DNA of 64,000 nucleotides, from assembly GCA_043821645.1 (NCBI GenBank), contig JBDRCO010000094.1:70769-134768 (forward strand). Direction: 5' to 3'. Shown here piece by piece: positions 51,185 to 61,264 of this stretch; the first letter of the stretch is position 1, and each line of letters opens with the position of its first letter. The notes beneath the pieces are model-generated. The model saw nothing but the letters and a program-made list of their open reading frames with translations. It was not told where the DNA came from and did not search any database. The position numbers and the translations under genes were made by a program. The stretch comes from Pseudomonadota bacterium (lineage in GTDB: Bacteria; Myxococcota; JACRCW01; JAFGSX01).

Positions 51185-53329
51185 GTGTCCCGCGCTCCCA
51201 CCTTCCGCTCCGCCCGCCTTGCCCTGCCCGGGATCTGGCTGAGCCTGGCGCTGCTTCTCGGTGCGGCGGCGGCTGATGACGGAAAGACATACAACAGCGC
51301 GCGTCAGGACCTCGAGCAGCTGCTCAAGGATCCGGTCCGCTCACGCCAGCGCGAGCCCTACGAGCGTCTGATGGCACGCTTCGATGCCATCGCGCGTGCC
51401 AACCCTGCAGGCCCCCTGGCAGACCGGGCTGCGTACCAGGCCGCGCGCACCGCCGAGGAACTGTCTCTGGCGTCGCGCGTTCCCTCAGATCTCGACCTGG
51501 CCATGCAGCGCATGCAGAAGGTGGCGGCGGACCATCCGAGTTCGCGGCTCGCGGACGACGCCCTGCTCGCGGCGGCACGCATGGCCCTGGAGCGGCGCAG
51601 CGATCCGTCGGCGGCGCGCGCCATGCTGATCGATCTGCAGGCACGCTTTCCACACGGTGACATGGTCGGGGCGGCCCGAGAGTTGCTGGCCCGGCTGCCC
51701 AAGGAGGAAGCGGCGCCTGTTTCGGAGGCGGTCGCACCGGCTAGCGTGGCGGAGGTCTCGCCGGCGTCACCAGCCCTCCCCGATGGTCCAGTGGACAGGA
51801 TAGGCGAGTTGCTCAAGAAGGCGGAGCTCATCCGCGCCCAGGCCGGTGATGCGGGCGCTCCACAGGCCGCGGTGCTCGAGGCGGAGGCAGCCCTGCGTGC
51901 CGCCGAGATGGGCCAGCCCCTGGTGCCCGTCCCCGGTACAATGACGGCGGAGACCGTGGCCGAGGTGCAGGCACCAGCGTACACGCCAGCCCCACGCAAG
52001 AGCCTGCGCAGCGCGACCGACGAAAGCCCCGCCCGCCTTCGCAAGGTGCTGGCCAAACCTGTGGAGCTGGGACTGGAGCTTCAGATCCAGCTCGATGGCG
52101 AGGTCACGGTGACTCCAGGGGAGGCCGCCGCCGAGCCCGAGAAGAAGCTGCCGCGTCGCGTGTACTTTGACCTCACCCCGGCCAAGGTCGACAAGGCCGG
52201 CCGGGAGGTCTCCCTCACCGATACCTCGCTCAGCTCGCGAGTGCGCTGCGGTCAAAACACCCTGGTCGCCGCGCGTGTGGTCATCGAGCTGCAAGAGGGC
52301 ACCGAGGTGCTGGCTCCGCAACCCTGCGCGGGTGGCCTGTGCATCTTGCTGTCCTCGCCCTCTGTGCGTGCGCGTGCGCTCGACAAGGCCAGGGAGAGCG
52401 CTGCCGCCCAGCAGCACGTGGCCCGCACAGAACCCACGCCACCGACGTCGGCCGAGGTGACGAAGCCCGAGCCTGCCGTGGCACGCGTGAGCGAGACCGC
52501 CTCCGCGGTCGATGCCGGGACCCGTGCGGTCGCTGCGGCGACCACGCCGGAACCCCCTGCCGACGAGAAAGACGCGCTCAACCGGGCCATGTTCCCCACC
52601 TCTCCCTCCTCCGCGGGCTTGTCGCTGTCACAGCAGGTGGGCTTGCAGGTTCGCACCGTCGTCATCGACCCCGGTCACGGCGGCAATGACCCCGGCGCCA
52701 TCGGACCTACCGGGCTGCGCGAGAAGGACGTCACGCTCAAGCTGGCCAAGCGCGTGGCGGCGAGACTGGAGAAGGAACAGGGGCTCAAGGTCGTGCTCAC
52801 CCGCGACCGCGACAAGACCCTGTCGCTGGAGGAGCGTGCCCAGATCGCCAACGATGCCAAGGCGGACCTGTTCCTGAGCATCCACGTCAACGCCAGCCCC
52901 AATCGCAAGGCCTATGGCATCGAAACCTTCTACCTGAACACGACAGACGACAGGTACGCCATCCGCCTTGCGGCGCGCGAAAATGCGGGCAGCGAGAAAT
53001 CCATCGGCGACCTGCAGTTCATCCTGGCCGACCTGGTCACCAAGTCCAACGTCGACGATTCCCGACGCCTCGCCCGCGCTGTCCAGTCCAACATGATTGG
53101 CCGCACTGGCAAGCGCTACTCCGACGTCAAGGACCTCGGGCTCAAGAGCGCGCTGTTCTACGTGCTGATCGGCGTGCGGATGCCCTCGGTGCTCGTCGAG
53201 AGTTCCTTCATCAGCCATCGCCGCGAGGAGAAGCGCCTGCGCCAGGACGCCTATCTCGACACCCTGGCCGACGGCATCGTGCGCGGTGTGCGCGACTTCA
53301 CACAGACCCAGACCTCGGTGAGGAGCTGA
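51185..53329 (+). CDS. N-acetylmuramoyl-L-alanine amidase (Amidase_3) with N-terminal TPR and AMIN-like region
   Basis: VVIDPGHGGNDPGA, EKDVTL, LSIHVNAS, PSVLVESSFIS; HPSSRLADDAL. Confidence 0.93.
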   Translation: MSRAPTFRSARLALPGIWLSLALLLGAAAADDGKTYNSARQDLEQLLKDPVRSRQREPYERLMARFDAIARANPAGPLADRAAYQAARTAEELSLASRVPSDLDLAMQRMQKVAADHPSSRLADDALLAAARMALERRSDPSAARAMLIDLQARFPHGDMVGAARELLARLPKEEAAPVSEAVAPASVAEVSPASPALPDGPVDRIGELLKKAELIRAQAGDAGAPQAAVLEAEAALRAAEMGQPLVPVPGTMTAETVAEVQAPAYTPAPRKSLRSATDESPARLRKVLAKPVELGLELQIQLDGEVTVTPGEAAAEPEKKLPRRVYFDLTPAKVDKAGREVSLTDTSLSSRVRCGQNTLVAARVVIELQEGTEVLAPQPCAGGLCILLSSPSVRARALDKARESAAAQQHVARTEPTPPTSAEVTKPEPAVARVSETASAVDAGTRAVAAATTPEPPADEKDALNRAMFPTSPSSAGLSLSQQVGLQVRTVVIDPGHGGNDPGAIGPTGLREKDVTLKLAKRVAARLEKEQGLKVVLTRDRDKTLSLEERAQIANDAKADLFLSIHVNASPNRKAYGIETFYLNTTDDRYAIRLAARENAGSEKSIGDLQFILADLVTKSNVDDSRRLARAVQSNMIGRTGKRYSDVKDLGLKSALFYVLIGVRMPSVLVESSFISHRREEKRLRQDAYLDTLADGIVRGVRDFTQTQTSVRS

Positions 53330-54219
53330 TGCTGGACCAGGCCGTCGACAGCTTTCTTGCCCACGCCGCAGCCGAGCGCGGCCTGGCTGGGGCCACGCTG
53401 GCGGCCTATGCCCACGATCTGGAGCGCTTCGTCCAGTACCTGCACCAGCAGCAGATCCTGGATCTCACGCAGACGCGCCCCAGCGACGTGCTTGGCTTCA
53501 TGGCCAGCATCGGGCGCAGCGGTCTGTCAGCGCGCAGTCAGGCACGCATGCTGGTGTCCGTGCGCCAGCTGTTTCGCTTTCTGGTCCGCGAACGCGTCAT
53601 CGTTCAAAGTCCGGCCCATGAGGTCGAGCTACCGCGCCCCACGCGCAGCTTGCCCGTCTTTCTCGATGAGGAGGCCGTGCTGAGACTGATCCAGGCTCCA
53701 GATCGCGGCACCGCGCGAGGCCAGCGTGACGGCACCCTGATCGAGGTGGCGTACGGTGCGGGTCTGCGCGTGAGCGAGCTGTGCGGGCTCCGGCTGCAGG
53801 ACGTGGATCTGAAACGCGGCGTGCTCCTGGTTCGTGGCAAGGGGGACAAGGAGCGCCTGGTTCCACTAGGAGAGCCCGCGCGCCGAGCGGTGCAGGACTA
53901 CCTGGAGCGAGCGCGCCCTGTGCTGCTCAAGGGCCGCAGCAGCGAATTCGTGTTCACCGGCCCGTCAGGACGCGCCCTGACCCGGCAGCGCTTCTGGCAA
54001 CTCATCAAGCACTACGCCCTGGTGGCGGGCGTGCGACCCGATCTCTCGCCACACAAGCTCCGCCATACCTTCGCGACCCACCTCGTCGAGGGTGGCGCGG
54101 ACCTGCGCGCGGTGCAGGCCATGCTGGGCCACAGCGACCTGTCCACCACGGCGATCTACACCCACGTCAATCGTGAGCGCCTGCGCCGCCTGTACGCAGA
54201 ACACCATCCCCGCGCCTGA
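53329..54219 (+). CDS. xerD: site-specific tyrosine recombinase XerD
   Basis: GLRVSEL, GKGDKERLVP, LTRQRFW, SPHKLRHTFATHL, DLRAVQAMLGHSDLSTTAIYTHV, HHPRA. Confidence 0.93.
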   Translation: MLDQAVDSFLAHAAAERGLAGATLAAYAHDLERFVQYLHQQQILDLTQTRPSDVLGFMASIGRSGLSARSQARMLVSVRQLFRFLVRERVIVQSPAHEVELPRPTRSLPVFLDEEAVLRLIQAPDRGTARGQRDGTLIEVAYGAGLRVSELCGLRLQDVDLKRGVLLVRGKGDKERLVPLGEPARRAVQDYLERARPVLLKGRSSEFVFTGPSGRALTRQRFWQLIKHYALVAGVRPDLSPHKLRHTFATHLVEGGADLRAVQAMLGHSDLSTTAIYTHVNRERLRRLYAEHHPRA

Positions 54220-54391
54220 GCCGTTTTCGCCTGGCTTGGAGTGCGTGGTGTGGGGCTCCGGCGACGGGGACTTCCAGGGATCGTCGCGCGGGACGAAAAA
54301 AACGTACTCGTGCGCCCACACGAATCAATCCGTCTCACGCGAAGCCGGTCTCGACACTGGAGTCGCCCGACGCCGCAGCCGACCCTGGTGG

Positions 54392-55780
54392 TCAGAAGAA
54401 ACTGATCTTGCGCGCGGTGGCAGGCCCACGCCCTGCCAGCTCTATGACGTGGATGCGCGCGAGCCCGTACAGCAAGGCAAGCGCGGCCTTGACCGGCATC
54501 TCGTACAGCGCGAGCAGGTCGGACACCGTCTTGGTGCCGTCGGTGGATATGAGAAGCCGTGCCTCGTCCGCACCGAGCTTGAGCCGCTCGATGGGATACG
54601 GCGGATCGGCAACGGGGGCGAAGCGTGCATCCATGGGCACGGCATCACGTAAAAAGTCCTCTGGCGTGGTAAGGGCAAGACCGCGCAGGATCACGTTGCC
54701 GGCAAACAGCGGCACGTGGAAGGGCTCGATGCGCGCACGCTCGACGAGACCGATCTGATACTCCCCCCCGGTCCAGGCAAAGCAGGCGAGCACGATCTGG
54801 GTCACCGTCCGCTGGATGACGCGCCGCCTGTTCTCGTCGGAGAGCACACCCCGCGCCACCAGCACATCGCCGACGCGCTGATCGTTCCCTCCCGCCTCGA
54901 GCAGGGCATCGCGAAGCTGGCTCTCGGTGATCAGGCCCAGCTGCACGAGCTGGGTCCCCAGGCGCTCGCGGGCAATGTTGGACCGCGCAAACACGGGGTT
55001 ACCGTCGGCGAACACGATCAGCCGCTTGGCCTTGCCACGCACGAGGGCCAGCTCGCCGCTGCGTCGCGCGCGATAGAAGCGGTCCAGCAGCTCCCCCACG
55101 CTGTTCCTGTCCAGGGTGCCGCTACGCTCCCCGAGGTCCAGGGGCTTGCGCAGATCCACGGCCCGGTAGGCCTCGATCTTGCGCTCCCAGATCGCGACCA
55201 GGTCCAGCGCAGCCTGGCTATCCACACCCGCCGCCTCCGCGGCGTCGTCCAGGGGCGCCTGCTCGAGGGGTGGTTCCTCGGCGCTGTCCGCGCCGCCAAC
55301 GACCTCCTCCAGCACCACGACCGATTCCTCGTCCGTCAGATCCTCGCTCCCCCAGCGCTTGCCCTGGGCATCCACCGAGGCCGCGGCAGCCTGCTCCAGG
55401 GCGGCGACAGTGGTGTCGAGTACCCGCGCGAGGGCCGCCAGGACCTCGTCGTGATTGTAGGGCTTGGGCAGCAGACCCTCGACCCCGAGCATGACGTCGT
55501 CGAGCAAGGGATCGTCGGCCGGGAGCCGCGAGGCTGTTGCCAGGAACAGTGGTACTCGAGCGTCGTCGGCCAGGATCTGCGCCAGATCGGTACCCGGCGC
55601 GTCGGGCAGCTCCATCTCCACCACCGCCGCCTCGGGGCGCCCCTCGACGATGAAGTCCAGGGCCTGCTCCGCAGAACGCGCGCGAAGGACAGTCAGCCCC
55701 CGGTCCGCGCAGAAACGCGCCAGCTTCTCGCCGGCTTCCGTCGGATCCACGATCAGAACGGTACGAGCGTGCTCTGTCAT
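54392..55780 (-). CDS. pseudo-receiver plus DUF4388 (PATAN-like) domain protein
   Basis: N-terminal REC fold with VVEMELP; SGTLDRNSVGELL...RRSGEL...FARSN..ERLG..LV..GLIT...CFAWTGGEY. Confidence 0.85.
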   Translation of the reverse strand: MTEHARTVLIVDPTEAGEKLARFCADRGLTVLRARSAEQALDFIVEGRPEAAVVEMELPDAPGTDLAQILADDARVPLFLATASRLPADDPLLDDVMLGVEGLLPKPYNHDEVLAALARVLDTTVAALEQAAAASVDAQGKRWGSEDLTDEESVVVLEEVVGGADSAEEPPLEQAPLDDAAEAAGVDSQAALDLVAIWERKIEAYRAVDLRKPLDLGERSGTLDRNSVGELLDRFYRARRSGELALVRGKAKRLIVFADGNPVFARSNIARERLGTQLVQLGLITESQLRDALLEAGGNDQRVGDVLVARGVLSDENRRRVIQRTVTQIVLACFAWTGGEYQIGLVERARIEPFHVPLFAGNVILRGLALTTPEDFLRDAVPMDARFAPVADPPYPIERLKLGADEARLLISTDGTKTVSDLLALYEMPVKAALALLYGLARIHVIELAGRGPATARKISFF

Positions 55781-56100
55781 GTCGTGCTTCGGGTACCTGG
55801 TCGTCCGCAAGTTTGTGCAGCCCGCCAATTCGTGACGACCGCGCCCCCCGAACGCCACGTGGACGCGGGCATCCTATCGCAGCGCCTCGACACCGCGAAC
55901 GAAAAAGGCCGGACCTGGTCGGAGCACGAGCGTTGCCTCTCAGTGCCCACTCGTGTACTCAGATCGCCCGCTCCTGCGCCCGCGGCGAGAGTGGAGGCCC
56001 CTGCGACCAGGGCCCGTCGACCCCGGGGTGGACTGACTCCCCGGTGTGACGGTCTGCGAGGGGAGGCGCGGCGAACGCCCCTCCGGAAAGGATCGCGCCG

Positions 56101-56322
56101 ATGGCCACCGAGGTGTGCGCGCACATCACCGGCACCGTGTGGAAGATCGAGGTCAAGGTCGGAGACCACGTCGACGAAGAGGACTCCGTCGTCATCCTCG
56201 AGTCGATGAAGATGGAGATGCCCATCGAGGCGCCCAGCTCCGGGACCATCGAGAGTATTCGTGTCAACGAGGGCCAGGCCGTGAACGAGGGCGAGCTGGT
56301 GCTGACCCTGATCCCGGACTGA
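56101..56322 (+). CDS. stand-alone biotin carboxyl carrier protein
   Basis: ILESMKMEMPIEAPSSG; 73 aa. Confidence 0.92.
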   Translation: MATEVCAHITGTVWKIEVKVGDHVDEEDSVVILESMKMEMPIEAPSSGTIESIRVNEGQAVNEGELVLTLIPD

Positions 56323-56325
56323 GCC

Positions 56326-57108
56326 GTGTCCGCGACACTGATCCACGAGGACCTCGGGCAGGGTCTGGTGCGCCTGACCCTGAGTCATCCCCGCGCGGCC
56401 AATGCCCTGACCGACGATCTCCTGCACCAGCTGACGACGAGTTTCGAGCAGCTCGACGCGGATCTGGGCGTGCGCTGCGCGATCCTGCGCGGCGATGGCG
56501 GCCGCACCTTCTCGTCGGGCTACGACACCTCGCAGCTGCAAGCGGCGCGCTTCCGCACCGGACCGGATCCCATCGGCCCGGTCTGCCAGGCCATGCTCCG
56601 GGGACGTGTTCCCATCGTGGGGTGTATCAACGGCCACGTCCTCGGCGGCGCGGTGGAGATCGCGAGCTGCTGCGATCTGCGCGTTGGCCAGGAAGAAAGC
56701 ACCGTGGGCATCCCTGCGGTGCGCTTCGGCATCTGCTATGCGCCGGGCGGTATTGCCAGGCTGTGCCAGGCCCTGGGAGAACAGCTCGCGGCAGAACTTC
56801 TGCTCACCGGCCGGCCGGTGAGCGTCGGGCGCGCAGCGCAGGCAGGGTTTTTCGCGCGCGTCGAGGCCGCCGACAGTGTTGACGGGGTGGCCCTTGAGGT
56901 CGCCCGCGCGATCGCCAGTGCGGCCCCCCTGGCGGTGGAGGCCATGCGCCGGATTCTCCGGGATATCGCCAGTCCAGGTCCGCGACGGGATCCAGAGCGC
57001 TCCGACCTCGCGGTCTCCCTGTTCCAGGCATGCCTCGGCAGCCAGGATCTGGGCGAAGGTCTCGCCGCCCTCGCCGAGGGTCGTCCCCCCTTGTTCCAGC
57101 GGTCGTGA
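56326..57108 (+). CDS. crotonase-fold protein (methylmalonyl-CoA decarboxylase-like)
   Basis: FSSGYD, INGHVLGGAVEIASCCDLR, IPAVRFGICY. Confidence 0.85.
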   Translation: MSATLIHEDLGQGLVRLTLSHPRAANALTDDLLHQLTTSFEQLDADLGVRCAILRGDGGRTFSSGYDTSQLQAARFRTGPDPIGPVCQAMLRGRVPIVGCINGHVLGGAVEIASCCDLRVGQEESTVGIPAVRFGICYAPGGIARLCQALGEQLAAELLLTGRPVSVGRAAQAGFFARVEAADSVDGVALEVARAIASAAPLAVEAMRRILRDIASPGPRRDPERSDLAVSLFQACLGSQDLGEGLAALAEGRPPLFQRS

Positions 57109-57336
57109 CGATCCTGAGCGTGGCTCGCGGATGTCAGACCTTGCGCGCAAGACTCCCTCGTGACCCGAGCAGACTTCGCCTGTGACGGCCGGCTGTCGGG
57201 TGAACCACCCCGGCTCGCAGCGGTCCATCCGCCGTGACAGCACCCCCGGGTTCTCCCACCCGAGACCGGCCTGGCGCGCTGCCTCAGAGAAGGTGCTAAG
57301 CTCTCCGCGTCCTTCACGGGGGAAGGAGCGAGAACC

Positions 57337-59106
57337 ATGCAACGCCTCACCTGCTTGTGCCTCCTCGGTTTCAGTGTGCTGCCCCTCATGCTGCCCTCGC
57401 GCGCGATTGCCCAGACCTGCGGCGTGGTGCTCAGCGAGGTCAACTACGACTGTGCCCTGGCCGCGGGTGTCGCCAACGATGCCTGCGAGTTCATCGAGCT
57501 GGGTTTCACCGGGACCTACACGCCCGGGGTGACACCGGTCGACGGGTGCGGCATCGCGTCCATCCAGCTCATCAACGGCTCCAGCATCGCCTGCGGCCTG
57601 TACGACACCGTCGCCCTGCCCTCCACGCCCATCCCGGGCAACGGCCTGTTCGTCATCGGCCGCACCGACGTGAGCAACGTCGACCTCGTGCCGACCACGG
57701 GAGGCTGGGCCACGGCCTCGACCTACGCCATCCAGAATGGGAATCCAGACTGGATCCGGCTGGTGGGAGACAGCGCAGCGCAGGATCGCTGGTACGCCTA
57801 CGAGTTCAACCCAGCCGCCGACACCAGCAAGGACTGCTTCGTCAAGGCCGGGTCGGTCGGCCAGGTTGCCTACATTGGCAAGGACTACGACGAGAACACC
57901 AACTCGCCGCCTCCCGTGGTCCGGGAGGAGAGCATCTCCCTGTGCGGCAGTGGCCAGACCGCGACCTACGTCGGTGACGACGAGGCAGGAGGCCTCACCG
58001 GCCCGCTGGCCTCCCCGGGGGAGCCCAATGCGTGCGACACGCGGCTGCCGTGGTCGAGCGCCGACGCTGGCCCCGAAGATGCCGCCGCGCCCGCGGACAG
58101 TGGCCAGGCCTCCGACGCCGCGACGGGACAGGACGTCACGACGACCCGCGATGCGGCAGGTGCACCGGACAGCGCGGGACAGGACCACGCCACCAGCCCC
58201 GACGCGGGGAGCTGCGGGGCGCTCACGTTCATCGGCGAGTGCCAGGGGACCGTGGTTCGCTGGTGCGACGACGGCGAGATCCTGACCTACGACTGCGCCG
58301 ATGACGACACCGCCTGCGGACTGGTCGACTGCACAGGCGCGGACTGCTACGGCTTCGACTGCGTGGCCGCGACAGACGAGGACTGTGGACCGAGCGAGGT
58401 CGAGCTGGCCTGCGATGTCCTGTCCGGCGACGGTTGTCGCGCCGGAGTCTGTGCGGCCTCGCCGGTATGCGACTTTGACACCTACGTCGAGAATTGCGAC
58501 GGCGCCTTCATCCTCTACTGCGGCACCACGCGCGTGTGGGACGAGGACTGCTCGCTTGGCGGTACCGAGCCCTACATCTGCGGCGCGGTCTCGGGCGGTG
58601 GCGTCGACTGCCTCGGGCTGGCCGGCGCGTTCTGCGATCCTGGCTACGACCTGAACTGCGCCCCTGGCCTGAACTGCCACCAGGGCGCCTGCGAGGGCAC
58701 CCTGACCATCGACGCAGGCACATCGGTGCCCGACAGCGCGGTGGCGACGGACGCCAGTCAGGCACGCGACGCCTCGACGCACCCAGATGGCGCGGCCAGC
58801 GACGCTGCTGCGAGCATGGATACGGGCGTGCCTGCAGACTCCGGCGTTGTCCTGGACAGTAGCGTGGCGGATACCCAGCTCGGACCCGACGGTGGATCTG
58901 GCCAGGACGCGCTTCGCCCTGGCGACGCGACCATGGTCCTGGATGTTTCCCGCCCCGGAGTCGATGGCGGCTTCACGGATATCGACTCTGGCGGTGCGTG
59001 CGGCTGCACCACCAGCGGACCTTCCGGTTCGCCGGCATGGGTCCTCGCCGTGGCAGGACTGGTCGCCCGCTGGCGTCGGAGAAGGGTCCCCGGCCGTCGC
59101 GCCTGA
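57337..59106 (+). CDS. MYXO-CTERM surface protein with lamin-tail-like N-terminal domain and Cys-rich module
   Basis: Signal peptide; VVLSEVNYD...EFIEL...IQNGNPDWIRL...SPGEPN; C-terminal GACGCTTSGPSGSPAWVLAVAGLVARWRRRR. Confidence 0.85.
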   Translation: MQRLTCLCLLGFSVLPLMLPSRAIAQTCGVVLSEVNYDCALAAGVANDACEFIELGFTGTYTPGVTPVDGCGIASIQLINGSSIACGLYDTVALPSTPIPGNGLFVIGRTDVSNVDLVPTTGGWATASTYAIQNGNPDWIRLVGDSAAQDRWYAYEFNPAADTSKDCFVKAGSVGQVAYIGKDYDENTNSPPPVVREESISLCGSGQTATYVGDDEAGGLTGPLASPGEPNACDTRLPWSSADAGPEDAAAPADSGQASDAATGQDVTTTRDAAGAPDSAGQDHATSPDAGSCGALTFIGECQGTVVRWCDDGEILTYDCADDDTACGLVDCTGADCYGFDCVAATDEDCGPSEVELACDVLSGDGCRAGVCAASPVCDFDTYVENCDGAFILYCGTTRVWDEDCSLGGTEPYICGAVSGGGVDCLGLAGAFCDPGYDLNCAPGLNCHQGACEGTLTIDAGTSVPDSAVATDASQARDASTHPDGAASDAAASMDTGVPADSGVVLDSSVADTQLGPDGGSGQDALRPGDATMVLDVSRPGVDGGFTDIDSGGACGCTTSGPSGSPAWVLAVAGLVARWRRRRVPGRRA

Positions 59107-59166
59107 GCCTGGATCGCTGCCCGTCCGTCCTTGTCACTCCCACGTCCATATTCGATGATTCGCGAA

Positions 59167-59195
59167 TTGACAGGTCCGGACCCTGTTGGTCGAAT
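59167..59195 (+). promoter_or_regulatory. sigma70-like promoter
   Basis: TTGACA-N17-TCGAAT with extended -10 TG; GGGAGG RBS follows before the ATG at 59225. Confidence 0.5.
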
Positions 59196-59224
59196 CAGCA
59201 CGTTTTCAACCCGAGGGAGGTCTC

Positions 59225-61147
59225 ATGCGCACCATGAAATGGATGCTGATCAGTGGTCTATGTGCCTCGCTGTCCGTGGTGGGCTGCGACTGCGGCGGTC
59301 CCGTGGACGAGGATGCCGGCACCACCGATGCCACGGTCCGCTATGACTCCGGACGTACGGACACCACCGTCCATGATACCGCGACAGGTACAGACACAAC
59401 GACGGGCACGGACACCGCGACGGGCACAGACACTGCCACCGGGACCGACACCGCGACCGGCACCGACAGCGCGACAGGTACCGACAGCGCCACCGCGACG
59501 GACAGTGCGACCGCGAACGACGCGACCGTCACCGATGCCGCGACCGGAACAGACAGTGCGACCGCGAACGATGCCGCTGGCACCGATGCCATGACCGTGG
59601 CAGACGCCGGGACCACCGAGGACGGCGGCACCGTCAACCACGGCATCGCCGCTGCGCGGACAACAGGTGATGGCTCGGGCCTGAGCCTGCCCATCGTGGA
59701 CGTCCTGGTGACCTACCTGAAGCCTGCGGTCGGCAGCGATGCCGTGGGGTTCTTCGTCCAGGCCGAGACCGCGGGGCCTGCACTCTTCATCGAGGTCGAT
59801 CCGGGCAGCCTGAACCCCGCGCCTGCGGTGGGCGACCTCATCAGCTTCACCATCACCGACCTGGCCACCACCGACGGCCTGAAGCGCGCCACGGGCATCA
59901 GCGGATACAGCGTCACATCGAACGCCAACGCCATCAGCGGACTCCTGCAGAACCTGTCAGCCGCCACCGACGTGGTCACCGCCCTCGACAGCTACGAGAG
60001 TGAGTACATCACCATCAGCGGGACCCTGACGGGTTCCTACAGCTACTCCGGAACCGATCACAGCGCGGCCACCTTTGACACCGCTGGCATCACCGGCGAC
60101 AGCAATCTCAGGCTTCGCTTGCCCAATACGCTGCGGGACTCCCTCGTCACAGACTTCGGCTTCAGCGCCGGCTGCGCGTTCACGACGACCGCTCCCCTGT
60201 GGAGATTTGCCGCGGTGGCCCAGGCCTCTGCCTGGCGCGACGTGGACATCGATGTCACGAGCTGTCCGGCACCCACGGTCCACTTCGCCACGTCCACCAG
60301 CCCGACCACGGTCGAGGTGACCTTCGACCGTCCCCTGGATCCGGCCTCGCTCGCGGCCCTGGGCACACAGTTCACCTTTGACAACAGCCTGACGGCCAGT
60401 GCCGCGGTCATGGGTTCCCTGCCCACGGAGGTCGTCGTCACCACGAGCGCACAGAGCGCGGGCGTTTCCTATACCCTCACCGTCGCCGACACCCTGCAAG
60501 ACGTCCTGAGCGTTGGCATCTCGTCCTCGGCCAACACGGCGAGCTTCTTCGGCTGGACGGTCCCCCTGTGCGCGCCCTCGGTGGTGATCAGCCAGGTCTA
60601 TGGCGGTGGCGGCAACAATGGAGCCACCTACACCCACGACTTCGTGGAGTTGCACAACCGCGAAGCCTTCCCGGTGAGCGTCGACGGGTGGTCCATCCAA
60701 TATGCTGCCACGGCTGGCTCGAGCTGGAACAGCAACGGCATCAACGGGACCATTCCTGCGGGCGGATACTTCCTGATCAAGCTCGCGGGCGGGACCACGG
60801 GCGTGGCGCTGCCAACTCCGGACGTGGATGTCACGGTGTCGCCCATCAACCTTGCGGGAAGCAACGGCAAGGTTGCCCTGGTCTCGGACGGGACAGGCTT
60901 GCCCGGCGAGTCCTGCCCCACGTCGGCCGCCATCGTGGACCTCGTCGGCTATGGCAGCGCGAACTGCTATGAAGGCAGCGGCGCATCCGCTGCCCTGTCC
61001 AATGCGAACGCGACCTTCAGGGAGGACGTGCCGGGTGGTGGCGCCCCGGGCTGCACCGACACCAATGACAATGCTGCGGATTTCACAGTGCAGACGGCCG
61101 CGGCCCGCAACTCGGCGTCCACCCCCAACGCCTGCACCTGTAACTAG
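59225..61147 (+). CDS. lipoprotein: Thr/Asp stalk, OB-fold-like region, Ig-like domain, lamin tail domain
   Basis: VVGC lipobox; GFFVQ...PALFI...[47 protein letters not shown]...DTNDNAADF. Confidence 0.88.
   Translation: MRTMKWMLISGLCASLSVVGCDCGGPVDEDAGTTDATVRYDSGRTDTTVHDTATGTDTTTGTDTATGTDTATGTDTATGTDSATGTDSATATDSATANDATVTDAATGTDSATANDAAGTDAMTVADAGTTEDGGTVNHGIAAARTTGDGSGLSLPIVDVLVTYLKPAVGSDAVGFFVQAETAGPALFIEVDPGSLNPAPAVGDLISFTITDLATTDGLKRATGISGYSVTSNANAISGLLQNLSAATDVVTALDSYESEYITISGTLTGSYSYSGTDHSAATFDTAGITGDSNLRLRLPNTLRDSLVTDFGFSAGCAFTTTAPLWRFAAVAQASAWRDVDIDVTSCPAPTVHFATSTSPTTVEVTFDRPLDPASLAALGTQFTFDNSLTASAAVMGSLPTEVVVTTSAQSAGVSYTLTVADTLQDVLSVGISSSANTASFFGWTVPLCAPSVVISQVYGGGGNNGATYTHDFVELHNREAFPVSVDGWSIQYAATAGSSWNSNGINGTIPAGGYFLIKLAGGTTGVALPTPDVDVTVSPINLAGSNGKVALVSDGTGLPGESCPTSAAIVDLVGYGSANCYEGSGASAALSNANATFREDVPGGGAPGCTDTNDNAADFTVQTAAARNSASTPNACTCN
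59384..59509 (+). repeat. 7 degenerate 18-bp coding repeats, T(G/A)TD(T/S)(A/T)
   Basis: TGTDTT TGTDTA TGTDTA TGTDTA TGTDSA TGTDSA TATDSA, with varied third codon positions. Confidence 0.85.
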
Positions 61148-61264
61148 CTCCCTCGCGCCGCGCGCAGCCTCTCCCCGCTCCCATCTCGTCGAGCCGACAG
61201 ATACGCGTTGACATCGCGCGTCGACCTGCCATGTCTGCCTCATTCGACGTCATGGAGGGCTGTG

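Noticed and set aside
53329-54219. Tyrosine recombinase as a phage or island integrase
   Set aside because: It has the XerD size and signatures (LTRQRFW, HHPRA), is coupled to an amidase, and has no att repeats or mobile cargo nearby.
55781-56100. Structured ncRNA or riboswitch in the larger intergenic gaps (also 54220-54391, 57109-57336)
   Set aside because: Only short GC-rich hairpins expected by chance, and no family motif recognised. An Rfam/Infernal scan would be needed to exclude it fully.
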